From the NCBI GenBank assembly GCA_965203295.1, contig CBDBCZ010000017.1:1760001-1824000 (forward strand): a stretch of 64,000 nucleotides of DNA, written 5' to 3'. Position 1 is the stretch's first letter. Each line of letters begins with the position of its first letter. This DNA is from Nitrospirales bacterium (GTDB lineage: Bacteria > Nitrospirota > Nitrospiria > Nitrospirales > UBA8639). The notes under the pieces are model-generated. The model saw nothing but the letters and a program-made list of their open reading frames with translations. It searched no databases and had not been told where the DNA came from. This document shows positions 1 through 50,251 of this stretch, one piece after another. The translations under genes and the position numbers were made by a program.

Positions 1-1220
1 GTGGAGGCAGCTCCATATTGAAGCCTCAACATTGTGTGGAAATTGACTCGGTCACAGTATTAGGAAAGTGCATAGCACCCATAGTACCGGTACCTGCATG
101 TTCTTTTAGTAGCCAAAGCATTTAGTGTAATTTGTGTAATGTCCAAGTGTTACAGAACATTGAGCATCTGCCAGTGGCAGTAGACTATAATGTAATCTCA
201 TCTCCAGACCTTCTACTTGCCTGTAAAAAAATAAAAACAGGAAAGGAGGGTCTGGTGAAATTGATACAAAAGGGATCAATGGGGTGTTTGTGTGTGGGTT
301 TAGCTGACACAGTCTCAATAAGTGTGGCTTGTGCATGCATCTGACAGCGGGGCTGGCAGCTACAGAACTTTTGTCCTTTTTGTGGCACATTCCTGAGGTT
401 TTGTGGGGCAGTGTGTATCTTCCTGTCGGTCATTTCTAGTCCTTACTTTATCAAAAGTCAGAATGTACTATACTTGCATGATTTATGAGGCCCATGTTAC
501 AGTCCTTACCTATCATAATTATTATTGAGTTTTGTTTGACTGAACTCTAAGTTAGCTTGGCCATAGGTAGGATTTTAGGGAATTATTTTAGCATCTTTCC
601 CTTTTGCCTAACTAAACATTTGGCATTTAAGATTGGACACCGTATGTTCACTATGTCTATGTCTGAAAACCCTGTTTCTTAAATGATATCTACCATTGGT
701 AGTATTGTGGCTAGTTATGAGTTATCAGTGGCATGCTACATACTCTCTGTGTGCCTATCGGGGGGTGCTTAGGATGCTGTAGTGCCCCCTCCTCCCCTGG
801 CTTGTTCCGTGCTTCCTTTGATGTATCTGCCTGTTTTATACTATCCAAAGTGTAAAATTGTATTGTGGACTCAGTCTCTCTTTCAAGTATCGTATACACT
901 TTAAAATATATTTCAACATGATATGCATGATTATAGTTCAACAAGAAAGGTATATACATAATTTCATTGTATGGGCTCAGTATATTATGGTAGTAGCACA
1001 TTCTCAAACTGCCTGAAAATTGACAACAAAATTCATTAGATGAATAAAACTGTACACAGTGTAAAATTTTATTGTGGATTCAGTCTCTCTTTCAAGTTGA
1101 GTATGCACTTTACAATAGTAACGTACATGATTATAGTTCCGCACGAAAGGTAGCTAATTCAAATGAATGGGCTCAGTACATGGTAGTAATGTACAAGTTG
1201 TATCCACCCTACTCAAAGAC

Positions 1221-1778
1221 CAGCAGCATATCAAGCCAGAGAAGCCGGCGAGGGAGCAAGCAACTAGCATAGACGGCGAAATTCAAATACGGTATTCGGA
1301 TGCTAATTTTAGTAACCACCAAATATGGAATATATACACACGTGGGTACGTTAAGTCGGTGAGCGGCAGCTTTGCAGGGCGACTACGGAGAGCATTGGTG
1401 ATACAGCTAACGCAGGCCCCGAGCACAACGACACTAATGTGAAGGTTTGTTATAAGCCATTGTAGCAGTCACTGAGTGTGGGTATGGCAGTACTTGGACT
1501 CACTTGTTGGAAGATTGGACCATCTCTCATACGCTTTCGCTTTGGAGAACTAGTCATCTCACTCGAGTGTATGCCGACATACCGCTTCATTTTTATACAC
1601 TTCGTGGCTTTCTCACTCTTACTGCTGTTACTTTTTCCTGCTGTTCTGTCATAAAAATTCATATACGGATACTACTTAATTTGGAATACGACCGCCATGT
1701 TTGAATTTCATCGTCTATGTAATGTACATGCGTAGTTGCATGCTCTCTTGCCAGCTTCTCCGGCTCGATGCGCTCCTA
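1221..1778. mobile_element. Non-autonomous TIR element (MITE), degenerate copy; same family as 49689-50251 in the opposite orientation
   Basis: Right end ...ggctcgatgcgctcct; about 550 bp of reverse-complement similarity to 49689-50251. Confidence 0.8.
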
Positions 1779-1870
1779 CTCAGACTTTGTAAGCTAATAG
1801 TGTAGGCACTATATATTGTAGTGTGATTGCAGATATAGTATGGAGAATTCGCAGTACCTAATCACGCTTA

Positions 1871-2367
1871 CCGTATTTTTGCAATCAGACGCCGCCCTCG
1901 AGTAGTAGCCGCCCTCAAATTATAGTCGCACCTCCGGAAGTGCTAAACAAAATAGTGGCCACCCTCAATTTGTAGCCGCAGCAAAAATTCAAGAACCGTG
2001 GTAGAAATAAGCAATAAACTGTAGTAACTACAGTAAAAGTACAGTATACCTGACTTTGCTAGCTAACAGTTATCGGACCTCACCTTTGTCTTCTTCGAGG
2101 TTGCAGAGGGACCGGAGCCTGACGGAGGCTGCCCGCGAATCCATATTTTTGATATTTCCCCCCAAAAAAACAGCTTTTCGATAGTATTGGCGCACGAACG
2201 GTGATTTTCAAACGGATTTGAACTACAGTTGTGCATCGCTGTGTAGCCAGTAAACTGCTCAATTTAATAAACGTTGCTCTCGATTAGTGGCCACCCTCAA
2301 ATAGTGGCTGCAGAAAATCGCGGATTGAAATAGTTAGTAGCCGTTGCGTCTGATTGCGGAAGTACGG
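1871..2367. mobile_element. Tc1/mariner-pogo type MITE
   Basis: TA|ccgtatttttgcaatcagacgc ... gcgtctgattgcggaagtacgg|TA; empty site visible upstream of paralogous exons (e.g. 7978-8007). Confidence 0.88.
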
Positions 2368-2416
2368 TAATTGATTTGTTTATAACTCTCCTGTCTGGTC
2401 TTCCTCCCTACCTCAG

Positions 2417-38821
<36,405 letters not shown>

Positions 38822-39040
38822 TTTATGTATAGCAACAAGGCATGCATAGTGGATGTACACTGGTTTTTTCTTTAAGGTTTGTATCATCAGCAAAATAATT
38901 GGTTAATATACAATGTCAAGTATCCTACTGATTACTTGTGATTTTGTGTTGCATGCATACTGTATAATTTATAGTCAACATGACATTGTATATACTAAAC
39001 TCAGATTTAGATGCAAGATCAGTTTATGGAAACATCATTA

Positions 39041-39450
39041 TTGGGGCGAGCGTGAGCGAGCCCCCCCTTAGTACAGTGTACAGCTGTGCGTCCGTCCGTG
39101 CATGGTCTTCCGTAAAGTCGTTGGCATGCCTATTTCAACGACTGTTGTCACGCGTTTCAAAATTGTCACGTGTTTCAGCGGTAATTTATCGTCTACGACA
39201 CGTGCGAGAGAATGAGTGACTTGCGTAGACAGCAGAGATTGGAACGGCGCAGACAGCGCTACAGAGAAAGGAGAGGGGCCGAAACCCCCGCGGAGAAGGA
39301 GAGAAGGCTACAGAACGAACGAGCACGGCGAAGGCGGAGGCTCATTGCTGCTACTGCGTACCTAACATAACATGGTGCTGTCATGATAAATTTGGACCCC
39401 CCCCAGAATTGTTCCCCCCGGTCCAAATACCTGCTCACGCTCGCCCCCAG
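39041..39450 (+). mobile_element. Helitron/Helentron-like non-autonomous element with a charged RepHel-N-terminus-like remnant
   Basis: Sub-terminal inverted repeats ggggcgagcgtgagc / gctcacgctcgcccc; ATG at 39212 gives MSDLRRQQRLERRRQRYRERRGAETPAEKERRLQNERARRRRR (STPR-like). Confidence 0.6.
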
Positions 39451-39682
39451 TGCACACTGTGCATCACTAGTAATTATATACCGATAATACTGTGGAAATA
39501 AGTATATTATACAGTCTTGCAGTTAGGAAGTTATAGTGCTGAACATACATGGCATGCCACCATAATAACATTATGGAAGTGTAACCAATGCATGGAGATA
39601 TAATAATAAAAGACAATAGGCCTACTACATGTACAAACAGGCACAAACTATACACTGTAGATAAAATCTCCCCCCATAAACA

Positions 39683-40033
39683 TAGTCTCGTTCCCAGCCC
39701 CACAATCAAGGCTAAGGATCGCTTACAATACAAGTCTCGCGTAGCCAGACTCTCGACGGGAAAGTTAGAGTCTGGTACAGACGCCGCAGTGGAACCGTCA
39801 ATCTGGAATGCAGACGTTGCGACATGACGACACAAGCAGACAATCAACGAAAGAGATCCGGCAGTGAACCTGCTATCTGATTGGTCAGACTAGTCTCGCT
39901 ATACGATTAGTGAACAATTATCGAGTCCGCCTGCATTCCAGCGGAGCGGTGTGAAGCAGTAAGTCAATGCGCCAGACCCACTTTCGTGGCGGGATACTGT
40001 AAGCGATTGATTGTGGGGCTGGGAACGAGACTA
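39683..40033. mobile_element. TIR element with TAG..CTA ends and 9-bp TSD
   Basis: ccataaaca|tagtctcgttcccagccccacaatcaa ... ttgattgtggggctgggaacgagacta|ccataaaca. Confidence 0.92.
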
Positions 40034-40754
40034 CCATAAACACGCGCAAAACAAAAACAACAGCTGACGTAAATCAGCTACACAAATTGATTGAGGAGTA
40101 CACTTTCAGACACTGGTTTCCGGATAGTCTGAGGGGGGCTCGAGGCTCCACTAACAGAACTGATAAGCATCATACCAACTTTGCTTGCAATACCTGCAGA
40201 GCAGAACTATTCCCATTCCTGCTGTGTACGGACGTCACACGATATTTCTCTGATATGATTATCGAACACGTGGAGAGAACGGCTCGACGCTCGCTACAAG
40301 GTGAAATTCTGGAGGATGTTTGAGCAGGGGAAAGTTACTGTCCGACCGCTGTGGGAATGACACAGGTAGGAAGTAGTTTTCCTCTTTTTTTTCAAAAAAC
40401 TACGGCCACACGAGCAAATAACTAAAAACGGCCGTTTGTTGTTCGCTCTTGCGGGGAAAGTCTGACTGGGATTCTGGAAACAGCGCTGAAGTTACAGAGG
40501 TTTACAAAAAGCTTGCAACAGACTGTAGAGTAGAAACCCACAAAGTACTTGGTAATAAGTCTTTCATCTAGAGTGTAGTAAATTTAAACCCTATTAGCGT
40601 TTATATTTTTGGTTTGCTAGTCCTTGCAAGCATTAAAATTTTTATAAAACTCTGTACCTACAGTATGTGTAGCTAATTGCTCTACATGATGGCAACCTCA
40701 GTAGTGTTCAGTCTACTGGAAAAATAATAACTACTATTCTTGTTTCGGCCTCAG

Positions 40755-40847
40755 GATGTGAAACCCGACAGCATTCTGGCAGAAGTGTCTGCTGAGCTCA
40801 TGACTGCCATGGCTACCTGGAGGGCACCCTGAACTGGATGTGCTATG
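40755..40847 (+). pseudogene. Decayed p38-type MAPK exon, copy A (heavily deleted)
   Basis: cag|GATGTGAAACCC (DVKP)...gagctcatgact..tggagggcac..tgaactggatgtgctatg|gttagt; same donor flank as copies B and C. Confidence 0.7.
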
Positions 40848-41027
40848 GTTAGTGTCTTGATAGAGGGGGTCAGCAGGGTGGGCCTTTGTTAGATCTCATT
40901 AGTGGCCAGTCAAACATGCTAGTTGTGAGTAGTGTAACAGTGGGTTGTCTGGCAAGTTGGCAGCATTCCTCAGGCTAAGTGTAATTTTACATGCTAGCTG
41001 AACACATTGTCTCACTTTAGTCTAGTT

Positions 41028-41149
41028 GAGTGTTGTATTTAGTTTTGACTGCCTGTTTTTCTTGTATAGTCAGATCCAGAGGAGTCTAGTAGAGTGTTGT
41101 ATTTTAGTTTTGACTGCCTGTTTTTCTTGTATAGTCAGATCCAGAGGAG
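41028..41149 (+). repeat. Two-copy tandem duplication of about 65 bp
   Basis: gagtgttgtattt..agttttgactgcctgtttttcttgtatagtcagatccagaggag occurs twice. Confidence 0.9.
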
Positions 41150-41644
41150 GTGTGTCAAGGTTTGAATTATGCATTTCGTCATGCACTAGCGTGCACGATT
41201 AATTGCGTTCTTTTAGCTATTACGCATGCGTACAAGTGCAGTTGGCAGCTAAAACCTCGATTTTCTCACTATTTTGCCGGGGGCTCAGAGGGGCTCAGCC
41301 GCTCAAAAGGCTTACTTATTGAAGGCAAAAATCATGAACTGCAAGAGTATATCAGTGAGCCACTCGCCAGAACTACGGTAGATGCCTTCAATGTTGGTAG
41401 AAAGTATTGACTGCTGATTTATGGCAGTCATTAGCTGGAATACCTCTCGAAAAAGTAACGCACAAACGCACAGATCCTCTCTTCCAAGTAAAATAGCTCG
41501 ATATACCTACCGGTCATGTGACTAGTTGCCTCTTAGCACGTGATGTTGACGTACCTCCTCTGAGTCAGATCTGCCCATAGGCATTATAGCTGCAAGAGAT
41601 AATGACCAATCACATTATCAAGCCTGCTGAGTGATATAACAATA

Positions 41645-42194
41645 CCGTAGATTGGGAAATTTTTGTTGTTAAAAATTTTCGTGTTGTTCCAAACCACGAA
41701 AATTTATTGCGCGAAAATAAATTTACAACGAATAATAACTGCCACGATTATTACAGTAAATAAAATTTTCGCACTCTACAAGCACTTTTATGAAAGCTGC
41801 ATTGCGAAATCAGAGATGGCTCTTCTAAAGTACCTGAAACTGAGAGATGGCTTACCGGATCCAAGAGGCTCACTCTCATCCTCGATGCCTTTACAGGCAA
41901 TTGCTCAGGCAAATTGTGAAGTACAGGAAGCTATTCGTAGCTACAGCGAGAAACGCCGGGGATCGTACAAGAAGTACAGCCCGACTGCTCGTGCAGAAAT
42001 CGCCAAGTACGCTTGCCATCACGGCGTAGCTGCTGCAGCCCATCCGCATTCGTCCATCTTTCTGGTCACGTTTTTGTATAATAAACTTGGTGACCGGTGT
42101 TAAAGTTTCATGGTTGCCCCCTGACAACGGAAAAATTTTAACGCGTAATTTTTGCGTGCGAAAAATACTACCACGAAAATTTCCCGATCTACGG
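41645..42194 (+). mobile_element. pogo-type internally deleted DNA transposon retaining the transposase N-terminus
   Basis: TA|ccgtagattgggaaatttt ... aaaatttcccgatctacgg|TA; MALLKYLK...RGSYKKYSPTARAEIAKYACHHGVAAAA (HTH-like); empty site near 45477. Confidence 0.9.
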
Positions 42195-42537
42195 TATTCA
42201 TTGGCAAACAGTAGTTTCTACTGCTTCAAGGCCATTGCTAGTGCCTGCTATGAGGTATATCAGCACAATTTTCTCGGGGCCTCAAAAAGTCACCAAGTTT
42301 TCCCTTGTGACCCACCACCATATCAGTGTGTTCACATTTCAATCTCATCAGTGCTTCATTTTCCATACAATAAACTGAGTGTGTGTTGTTACCACATCAG
42401 CTGACTTCAGACTGATACACTATACTTGCTAGCAGAAATTTACGAGTGGCGACATTTCCAATGATGTGTCAGTGATTGTATGTAAGAATCTTTTTGGTTT
42501 GAACAGAAAATCACCCAGTACTTGTAATTAATTAAAA

Positions 42538-43286
42538 CCCTTTGAGCACTGTACTGTACATATTCATTACTTCCGCGTCACGTGAAACCCAACTTGATTA
42601 TTGTCTTGATTATGGGGCCCATTTTCCTAGAATTGGCGCTAGAGCAGCACCTCTCGCCACTGCCGCTGGAAGGTTCATCTACTTTCCATATGTTTCCCAG
42701 AAGTTTAGACCTTAACTCGCATGTTTGCGTGGATATCACGCTAGAAGCGTGGAGGACTCAGAAATGGCTACTTTGGCCCCCATCTCTGAAAGTGCTGATA
42801 GTTAAGGAGACTTCTTGCAGTTCAAAGGACCTTACCTTGGTGAGAATCCATTGGCGGTGGTTTGGGACCTTAACTATAATGCTTGTGGAAATGGCAGGCT
42901 TCAAGTCACTCTTGGACCCAGAGTTGTTTACCTCCACCTCTGGTCACATGACTGTCACCTGATGTTGTTTACGCCTGTCAGCCTTGTGCAGAATTAGCTG
43001 GAGATCATGAAAATGTGTTTATATTTCTTGTAGCACCTGTAGTTTTGGAGATATGAGTCTGTAAAGTGATAAATGCACTTTTTGCTCTTTTTGTGTGGTC
43101 CACTGTAGGGTTTTTGATCGATTGACAAAGACCGTAGGGTTATCCCCTAAAACGTCATACGTGCTATTAAATTGGAAGGGACTTACCCATAGCACTTATT
43201 ATGGCAAGCATATATACGCTCGGCGCAATACGTGGTATAGATTTTTGAGCGTATATATATAATATACGCTTGCTGTGTTCAAAGGG
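42538..43286 (-). mobile_element. piggyBac-type element sharing both termini with 27846-28501 but with a different interior
   Basis: ccctttgagc..cttccgcgtcacg left; gagcgtatatatat..tacgcttgctgtgttcaaaggg right. Confidence 0.75.
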
Positions 43287-45118
43287 TTACCCTGTCCAAC
43301 TCAATTCATCCTTGCTATATATGTACATGATTCCGTGTAGCAATAGGCAGTTTGGACAGTCTATGAGCTCAACGCAAAGTTGAGGCCTGAATGTGGAGCT
43401 GCCTCCACGTGGCTCAATCAGCAGCACTACTAGCTAACTGCATACAAAATGTTCCATACAAAACACATAGAGACACTTTTCTTTTTATCTATATAGAGCG
43501 AGCGAAGAGAGCGAGTTCAACACGCCCAAGTAGTTGTGCGAGTGAAGCAAGCACAACTACTTGTATATAGTAACATGGTATTCAGTTCTAGCAAGTGTTC
43601 AGAGGTGGATGCTGTACCACGTCCAATCATGCTTTTTTAGACATGTTTGTCCCTAGCCTACAGATTTGCTACTTTTACTCGTCTAAGAATTGCAGCTGTG
43701 CTCGCTTGCAGTGTATATCTTTCTACTTCCTTTCTCAATCCTCTTTGGCCTGTGCATGTGACTTTATTCATCAGGTAGTCTCGTGCCCAGTTCGTCACTC
43801 CTCCACTCACTGAAACAGTCTGGCTAGCAAAGTCAACTTTATGGGCGGAGCAACGAGTGTGCCAATGGAATATTGTAATTTTAACCGACATTATTGACCG
43901 AGGAATTTAAAGTAATTTTCACAAGGGAGGTCGAGGGTTTGCCCCGAGGGTTTGCCCCGAGACCTTCTGCGGGAAAATTACTTTCCAAGATCAATAATGG
44001 AGATCGAGGCCGTGTATTTAGATACACTAACTGACATGGATTATAGTTTGCTCCTGTATTTTGTAAAGTAATAATACAACACTACAACCAGCATGTGCAC
44101 AAGAAAAATAAGGAAATACAATACTGCTATAGTGTTAGTAGACTCACATAGGCTCATATCACTTTGACAGGGAAATGAAATCACTACGAAATCACAATGA
44201 AATCCACACCATCAGGTTTGTAGAATGTTCCCCTAAAATCCCAATGAAGGGTTTGGTATGAATTGAAGGGAATTTTAAAGAAAGGTAATTCCTTGGGATA
44301 TTAGAGAAATCCGCATGAAATCCCCTGGTTTTCCAATCTAGTGTTTGCATATACATGTATTCACAAAGTAAGACAGTGTATTCCTGACAGAAATGTATAA
44401 TAGCCAGAGGAATGCTGCCAACTCAGACAACTCACAAACAACTCACTGTTACACTACTCCAACTAGCATGCTTGACTGGCCATAGTGTAAAACCTCAGGG
44501 ATGAAAATATGTATTTTACGATCACCTGAACTTTGTCAGACCACAATGTATTTGACCTGCCACCACAGAGTGTTGATCTGACACATTTTTATTGGTTCAG
44601 TGAAACAATTAAGGCACAACATACATCTACACTATTACATCACACACAATTGCCATGGATGACAGTGCTGTGATTACAAATTTTTAGTAATTCCGTGCAC
44701 AAAGCAGATTATAATATGGTCAGTCCGAGGACTCTGGGGAACCTGGAGAATCTGTGTGAAACCAGTCATCCCATGTGTCCAGATCTAATTCGTTTTCAGA
44801 CTCGGAGTCACCTGATGCGGACATTATTTTCATCCCTGAACCTAGCTATATGCATGAATATAGCTAGGTTTAAATTTGTTGTTTGAAGTCTCCAGAGACT
44901 GAGAGCTTATTGCAAAACTGCTGAGGTTGCCATCACGTATGTAGAGCAATTGACTACACTAAGCTTTTCTGGCAAGAGAGATCATGACTGGCTACTTCAC
45001 AACACACTGTTTTTCAGTTGTGCATGGATCCACTACATGCATATAAGCAACTTCAAATTTGATCTTACGTGTAGGCCAAGATGCTTACATTATCACTCTA
45101 CCTTGTTTTCAATCTCAG

Positions 45119-45254
45119 GCTCTAAAGCTCAGCAACACCGGAGTGAGCGAGATTGAAATCCTCCTGGCTAGAGTGTCAGCTGAGATCATGACTGGCTGCG
45201 TCACAACACGCTACTGGAGGGCGCCTGAGATCATGCTAAACTGGATGTGCTGTG
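45119..45254 (+). pseudogene. p38-type MAPK exon remnant, copy B: [45 protein letters not shown]
   Basis: Aligns by eye to p38 DLKPSN...KILDFGLAR...[23 protein letters not shown]; AG/GT intact; DFG deleted. Confidence 0.85.
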
Positions 45255-48200
45255 GTTAGTGTCTTGGTAGAGGGGGTCACCAGGGTGGGCCTTTGGTAAC
45301 CAAGTTCTCGTTAGTCACATGGCTATATATTTGTACATGCTATCAGAATACACTGGTGTACCTCAACAGCCAGTAGAGAAATTCAAAGATTCTAGGCACA
45401 CAACCTTCAACTACATTTATGTGTAAGATGTACTGACCAATCACATTACCAAGCTACTGCTGGAGTGATATAACAGTATTCATGCACCTATTTGCTAACA
45501 TTGGCGAACCCACAAGTGATTTTTGCCTTTATAAAGAGGGAGTTACAACCCCTTCAATGTCAGGGTCATTCCTTTGCCTGCCTTTAGAGGTAAATGAGTG
45601 CATTTGGGGGAAGGGGGGCTTAAAATCTCTACAGCACAGATTGAAATGTGAACTCTTTTGGTGGTGAGTCGCAGTGGCTCAAGTGCTGCATTTTCCATAC
45701 GAGGAACTGATTGTGTGTTGTTGCCACATCGGCTGTCTTCTGACTGAGACACTGTTCTTGCTAGCAGAAATTTACGAGTGGCAACATTTCCCATGCTAAT
45801 TATATCAATGATTTATGTAGAAAGAGGCTCATTGTATATACATATCATCTGCAAGCTATTGTGGTTTTCAGAAACTCATTTCTCTCAATTTGCATACACT
45901 TGTATCTATTATTACGCCTGGTTGTGTTCGTGTATTCGTTCGTTTGTTCGTATGTCCGTGCGTAACGGAAGCCGCATGTGCGCACTCCCGGATGCACCTT
46001 AGACCTGTGACCAGTTCATAGGTCAAAGTACCATGTGTCTGTTGAAGGGCGAGATGATGCTAGCTCTTTCAGCGAATTTCGCGAGACGCGATGACAGGTA
46101 CTTTATCACAAAGATTAGTTGCGCTGTAGTCCTGTAAGTGAAAGCCAAGCAGAGCTATAACTGCTATGCTAGACTAATCATGTCGGTGTGCATTAAATGG
46201 AGTCGTCATTCTAGGCGCCAGCACTATCTATGCCTGCATACAACGGATGGTAGCTAGGCTGTAGTGCAGACTTGCCTGTTTGGTCTAGCAGCTGTTTGTA
46301 GTCTCTCCTCTGAGTCACTGCCTCCAGCTGGAATCAGTGGGTGAATGCGACACATTCCATACAAACAGTAATATAGATCTATTACACCAACCAAAGCACT
46401 TTGGCCGCAAAAAGAAAATGTGGTGTGCTCATTTATACATTGAACTTTTCATGCTTACTACAGTGATTATGTATGAACATGTGAGCAGCCATGCTGAGTT
46501 GCTTTAAACGGAATCAGTGCCATTCACTTACATGTATGCTAGGCTATGGCTGTTAAAAGCTAGGCTGTAATCCTAGTGTGCCTTATAGTTGATTGCAGTC
46601 TCTGTAGCACTGCCTCCATGTCGTTCAGGTTGGGATCTGTCAGCACCACTACTTAGAGCTCTCTGCCACTGGCAGATGCTAAATGTACCCAACAAATCAT
46701 ATAGAGATCACATCTTTAATCTCTATTTGTACAGAGCGAGCGCAGCGAGCGAGTTCAACTAACACAAGTAGTTGTGCGAGCGAAGCGAGCACAACTACTT
46801 GTATACGTACATGATTGTGCGTAGGTATTGGCAGTTTTTGGACAACCTATGAGCTTGCTACTAATCAGCAGCCATTGCTAGGAGTCAGCAGCCCTTGTCT
46901 CATTTATGTTATTTAGAGACTCCATGGCTAAACCCGCCAAAGTTTTGCCTTTCCCTAGGTTTATAATGCCGATATGTCACTGTATACTTGATGACATCAT
47001 GTCAGTCTTTTTTTTTATATTGTCGAACAATCGCGCTTCATTAATCAATGTCATGTCCGTGACACGCGCACGGACAGAAGGTGTTTCATGGACTGATACA
47101 CTAACTAGTACAGTGTATAGTAACTTCCAAAATTTAATTGAATGTCTGTAACTTCAATTAAGACTTAGCTTTAACTAGTCACATTATATTCCTGTGGGCA
47201 TTGAGTGATGCAATATACATGCACTAAGTCAAGATTGACTGAACAGTTACTGGTGAGGTGTGCGAATATTGCCTTATAACTAGCTAGTGATTCACTGTGA
47301 TGTACCAAGTTGGAGAGGGGGTGGAGTTTAGGGGGTGCATTGAAGCAGCATTCAATTTTTTAAGTGACAAGGAGTTTCCCCAATTTAATGAACCGCTCTC
47401 TGAAAGGCAAAATTTGAGAATACCTGCTCATGCAGTGGGACCATCATTACTTCACTTTTTGTTTTGTCTGTCTGTGTGTGTGCGTGTGTAATACATGTGA
47501 CATCCACTAATAAAGCACAATTGCGTTGAGAATACGCGAGAAGACTGTGGTGTCATCATATGATGTCAACTACACTATAGTCCACCGCTACTGGCATACA
47601 AAGTGCTCTGACTCCTAAAAGAACGTGGTGTGCACACATATTTTGCACTTTCTCCCCACTGTGACAGTGCATGAGACTCTGTGTAAGCGGGTGTGTAATT
47701 TAAAAACTGGAAGTGCAACAAAGTTGAAAACACTCGATCTACACTTTACCAACCACACCCACTAGACCTCCCCTACTGAAAGAATCTGCACACAAAAAAA
47801 TTCACAACACACTCACAAAACTCCATAGCACTCAACCAGGCATAGCCAAACACTACCAAAGTCCCTATACAAATATGATTCCACCCTCAATGACTCACTA
47901 GTCCAACATGTACACACCAACAGACTCAGTTATTAGCAACACACACACACCAAATTACACCACCACTATTCACATCTCACATATACACGATTGTGGTGGG
48001 TGTGGTTGGAAAGATGTAGGGATGGTAGCTACGCGGTAAATGTATTGCGTTGTGAGTGTGGGCAGTCTGTGGCAGTGCATGCATTTCGGTATGCATCGTC
48101 ACTTGTTTCATTGGTTTTTGAGGAAGTGTTGTTTGGGAGAAGTGCATCCCTACATAATTTGTTTTTGCACTTTTTAGCAAAGTGCTTTTTCTGTAACTTA

Positions 48201-49688
48201 TACATGGTTGCTCTAAGAGTAACAGGACCATGTAATGTCATAGACCATTATGGCTAAAGAAAAGGCCAGTGGATAAGTTAAGACAGACCTAAAGCTTAGC
48301 TCCAGGGTTCAAGAAGGATGCTAAGCTCTGACATGGCTAGCTAGCAGTACAGGTAAGAATTAGAGGGGTACTACAAGCTTATTGTTCAATTACGTATCCA
48401 TTTATATATTCGTTTCACAAAAATGAAAAAAGAAGGCAGTAAGTTTTGAGCCTGTACTGATGATTTTTTGCCAGGTAGAGACCTACAAAGTGATGGTTAG
48501 TTGGAGTTTTCGATCTCGTTTACCTCTGAACTGTATAGAAGGCCTGATCTAGATTTAAAAACCAAGTAACTGCCAAGAGAGGTGCTCCCCGAGTTTTATA
48601 GTAGGACAGCTACCACAGTCTTAGTGGATAGAAAATTGTAGATCCTTTTACTGTTTTTAACTAATTATAAAGCCATTTCAGTTGTATAAAATCAGATTCC
48701 CAGCTTCTAGTGGTTCCGCTTACTACAATTTGTGTACTGAGTTCACACTACTCATAGCCATGTGACTGAACTCATTAACGGTGCAATTACGGACTGTTTT
48801 CGTACATTCTTGCGCATGCCTGCATGTAACGTAGTCCGCTTTTCTGACTTGTATGGCCTGGGAACGAGGCTAGGGGAGACTACATGCAGGCATGCTGAAT
48901 TTCAGCTTAGCTCTTAGCCCGCTGTAGTCTCACTTACCAGCCCCACAGGCAAGCTAGTACTGTAGCCTAGCAAGACAATACAGGACTGTAGCCTAGCTCT
49001 TCACAACCATATAGCATATGTACATGTAGACGAATGGTGCTGACTTCATTTAATGCACATTATCATGATTAATCTGGCGTAGTAGTTTCAGCTCTCACTT
49101 ATTTACAGGACTACATGTATATTGCACTAATCTATGTGCGCTCGAAGTGCTCATTTGAGGCCATACTGCCATAATCTGTCAGAGTGTTCCAGCTGGTCAA
49201 AGTACTAACATTATGATGACGTCCAAACAAATATCACGTGGAGATTGCACAACACAAAGTACTTTGGCCACTAGAAGAAAATATGATGTGCGCACACATG
49301 CTTTCAGTCATAGATAGTAGAGTAGATTCAGTCAACCTAGCCTTGCTGCGGTGATTATGAAAAGGCGAGTAGCTGAGCAAGCAAAGTGAGTGAGTTCAAA
49401 AGGCGCAAGTAATTGAACTCACAACTACTTGCAGCTAACTGTGAAATCCTAACTGCTAAGATATTTAGGTACTCTACATCTGGGGCTGTGTATCTGGCCA
49501 CTCAGTGATTGTAAACAGCAATTACTTTTCTGAGTAAATGAATATCATTACTTGTACCAAACCCATAAGTGACTTGCTCACAGAAAGGCTATAAAAGCAG
49601 CAGAGAGGGTAGGGTAGTAGCACAATCTTCTCCCTGTTGTATTTAAAAACGAATTTTTGTATACTCTAGCAAGTGTTTAGGGTTGGAT

Positions 49689-50251
49689 CAGGAGCGCATC
49701 GAGCCGGCGAGGGAGTATGCAACTACGCACGTGAATTACATAGACGACGATGAAATTCGAAATTCAAACATGGTGGCCGTATTCTAAATAAAGTAGTATC
49801 TGTGTATGGAAATTTATGATGCAACAGCAGGAAAAATGAACAGCATTACGAGTGAGAAAGCCACAAAGTGGATAAAGATGAAGCAGTGTGTTGGCATACG
49901 CTCGAGCGAGATGACTACTACTCCAAAGCGAAAGCGTATGGGAGATGGGCCAATCTTCCAACAAGTGAATCCAAGTACTGCCGTACTCATGCTCAATGAC
50001 TGTTAAAACGGCTTACAGCTAACCTTCACATCAGTGTCGTTGTGCTCGGAGCCTGCGTTAGCTGTATCACCATCCAACGCTCTCTGTAGTCGCTCTGCAA
50101 AGCTGCCGCTCACCGACTTTCGTACCCACGTGTGTATATATTCCATATTTGGCGGTTACTAAAATTAGTATCCAGAAGCCAATGTTTAAATTTCGCCGTC
50201 TATACTAGTTGCATGCTCCCTCGCCGGCTTCGCCGGCTCGATGCGCTCCTG
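49689..50251. mobile_element. MITE with CAGG..CCTG termini and 7-bp TSD (P-superfamily-like)
   Basis: gttggat|caggagcgcatcgagccggcga ... tcgccggctcgatgcgctcctg|gttggat. Confidence 0.88.

Noticed and set aside
40087..40366. CpG-rich exon-like segment with donor ag/gtagg upstream of p38 copy A
   Set aside because: No recognisable protein in any frame, and stops are present; cannot be supported
42582..42997. 126-aa and 60-aa ORFs inside the piggyBac-like element
   Set aside because: No transposase or other motifs recognised
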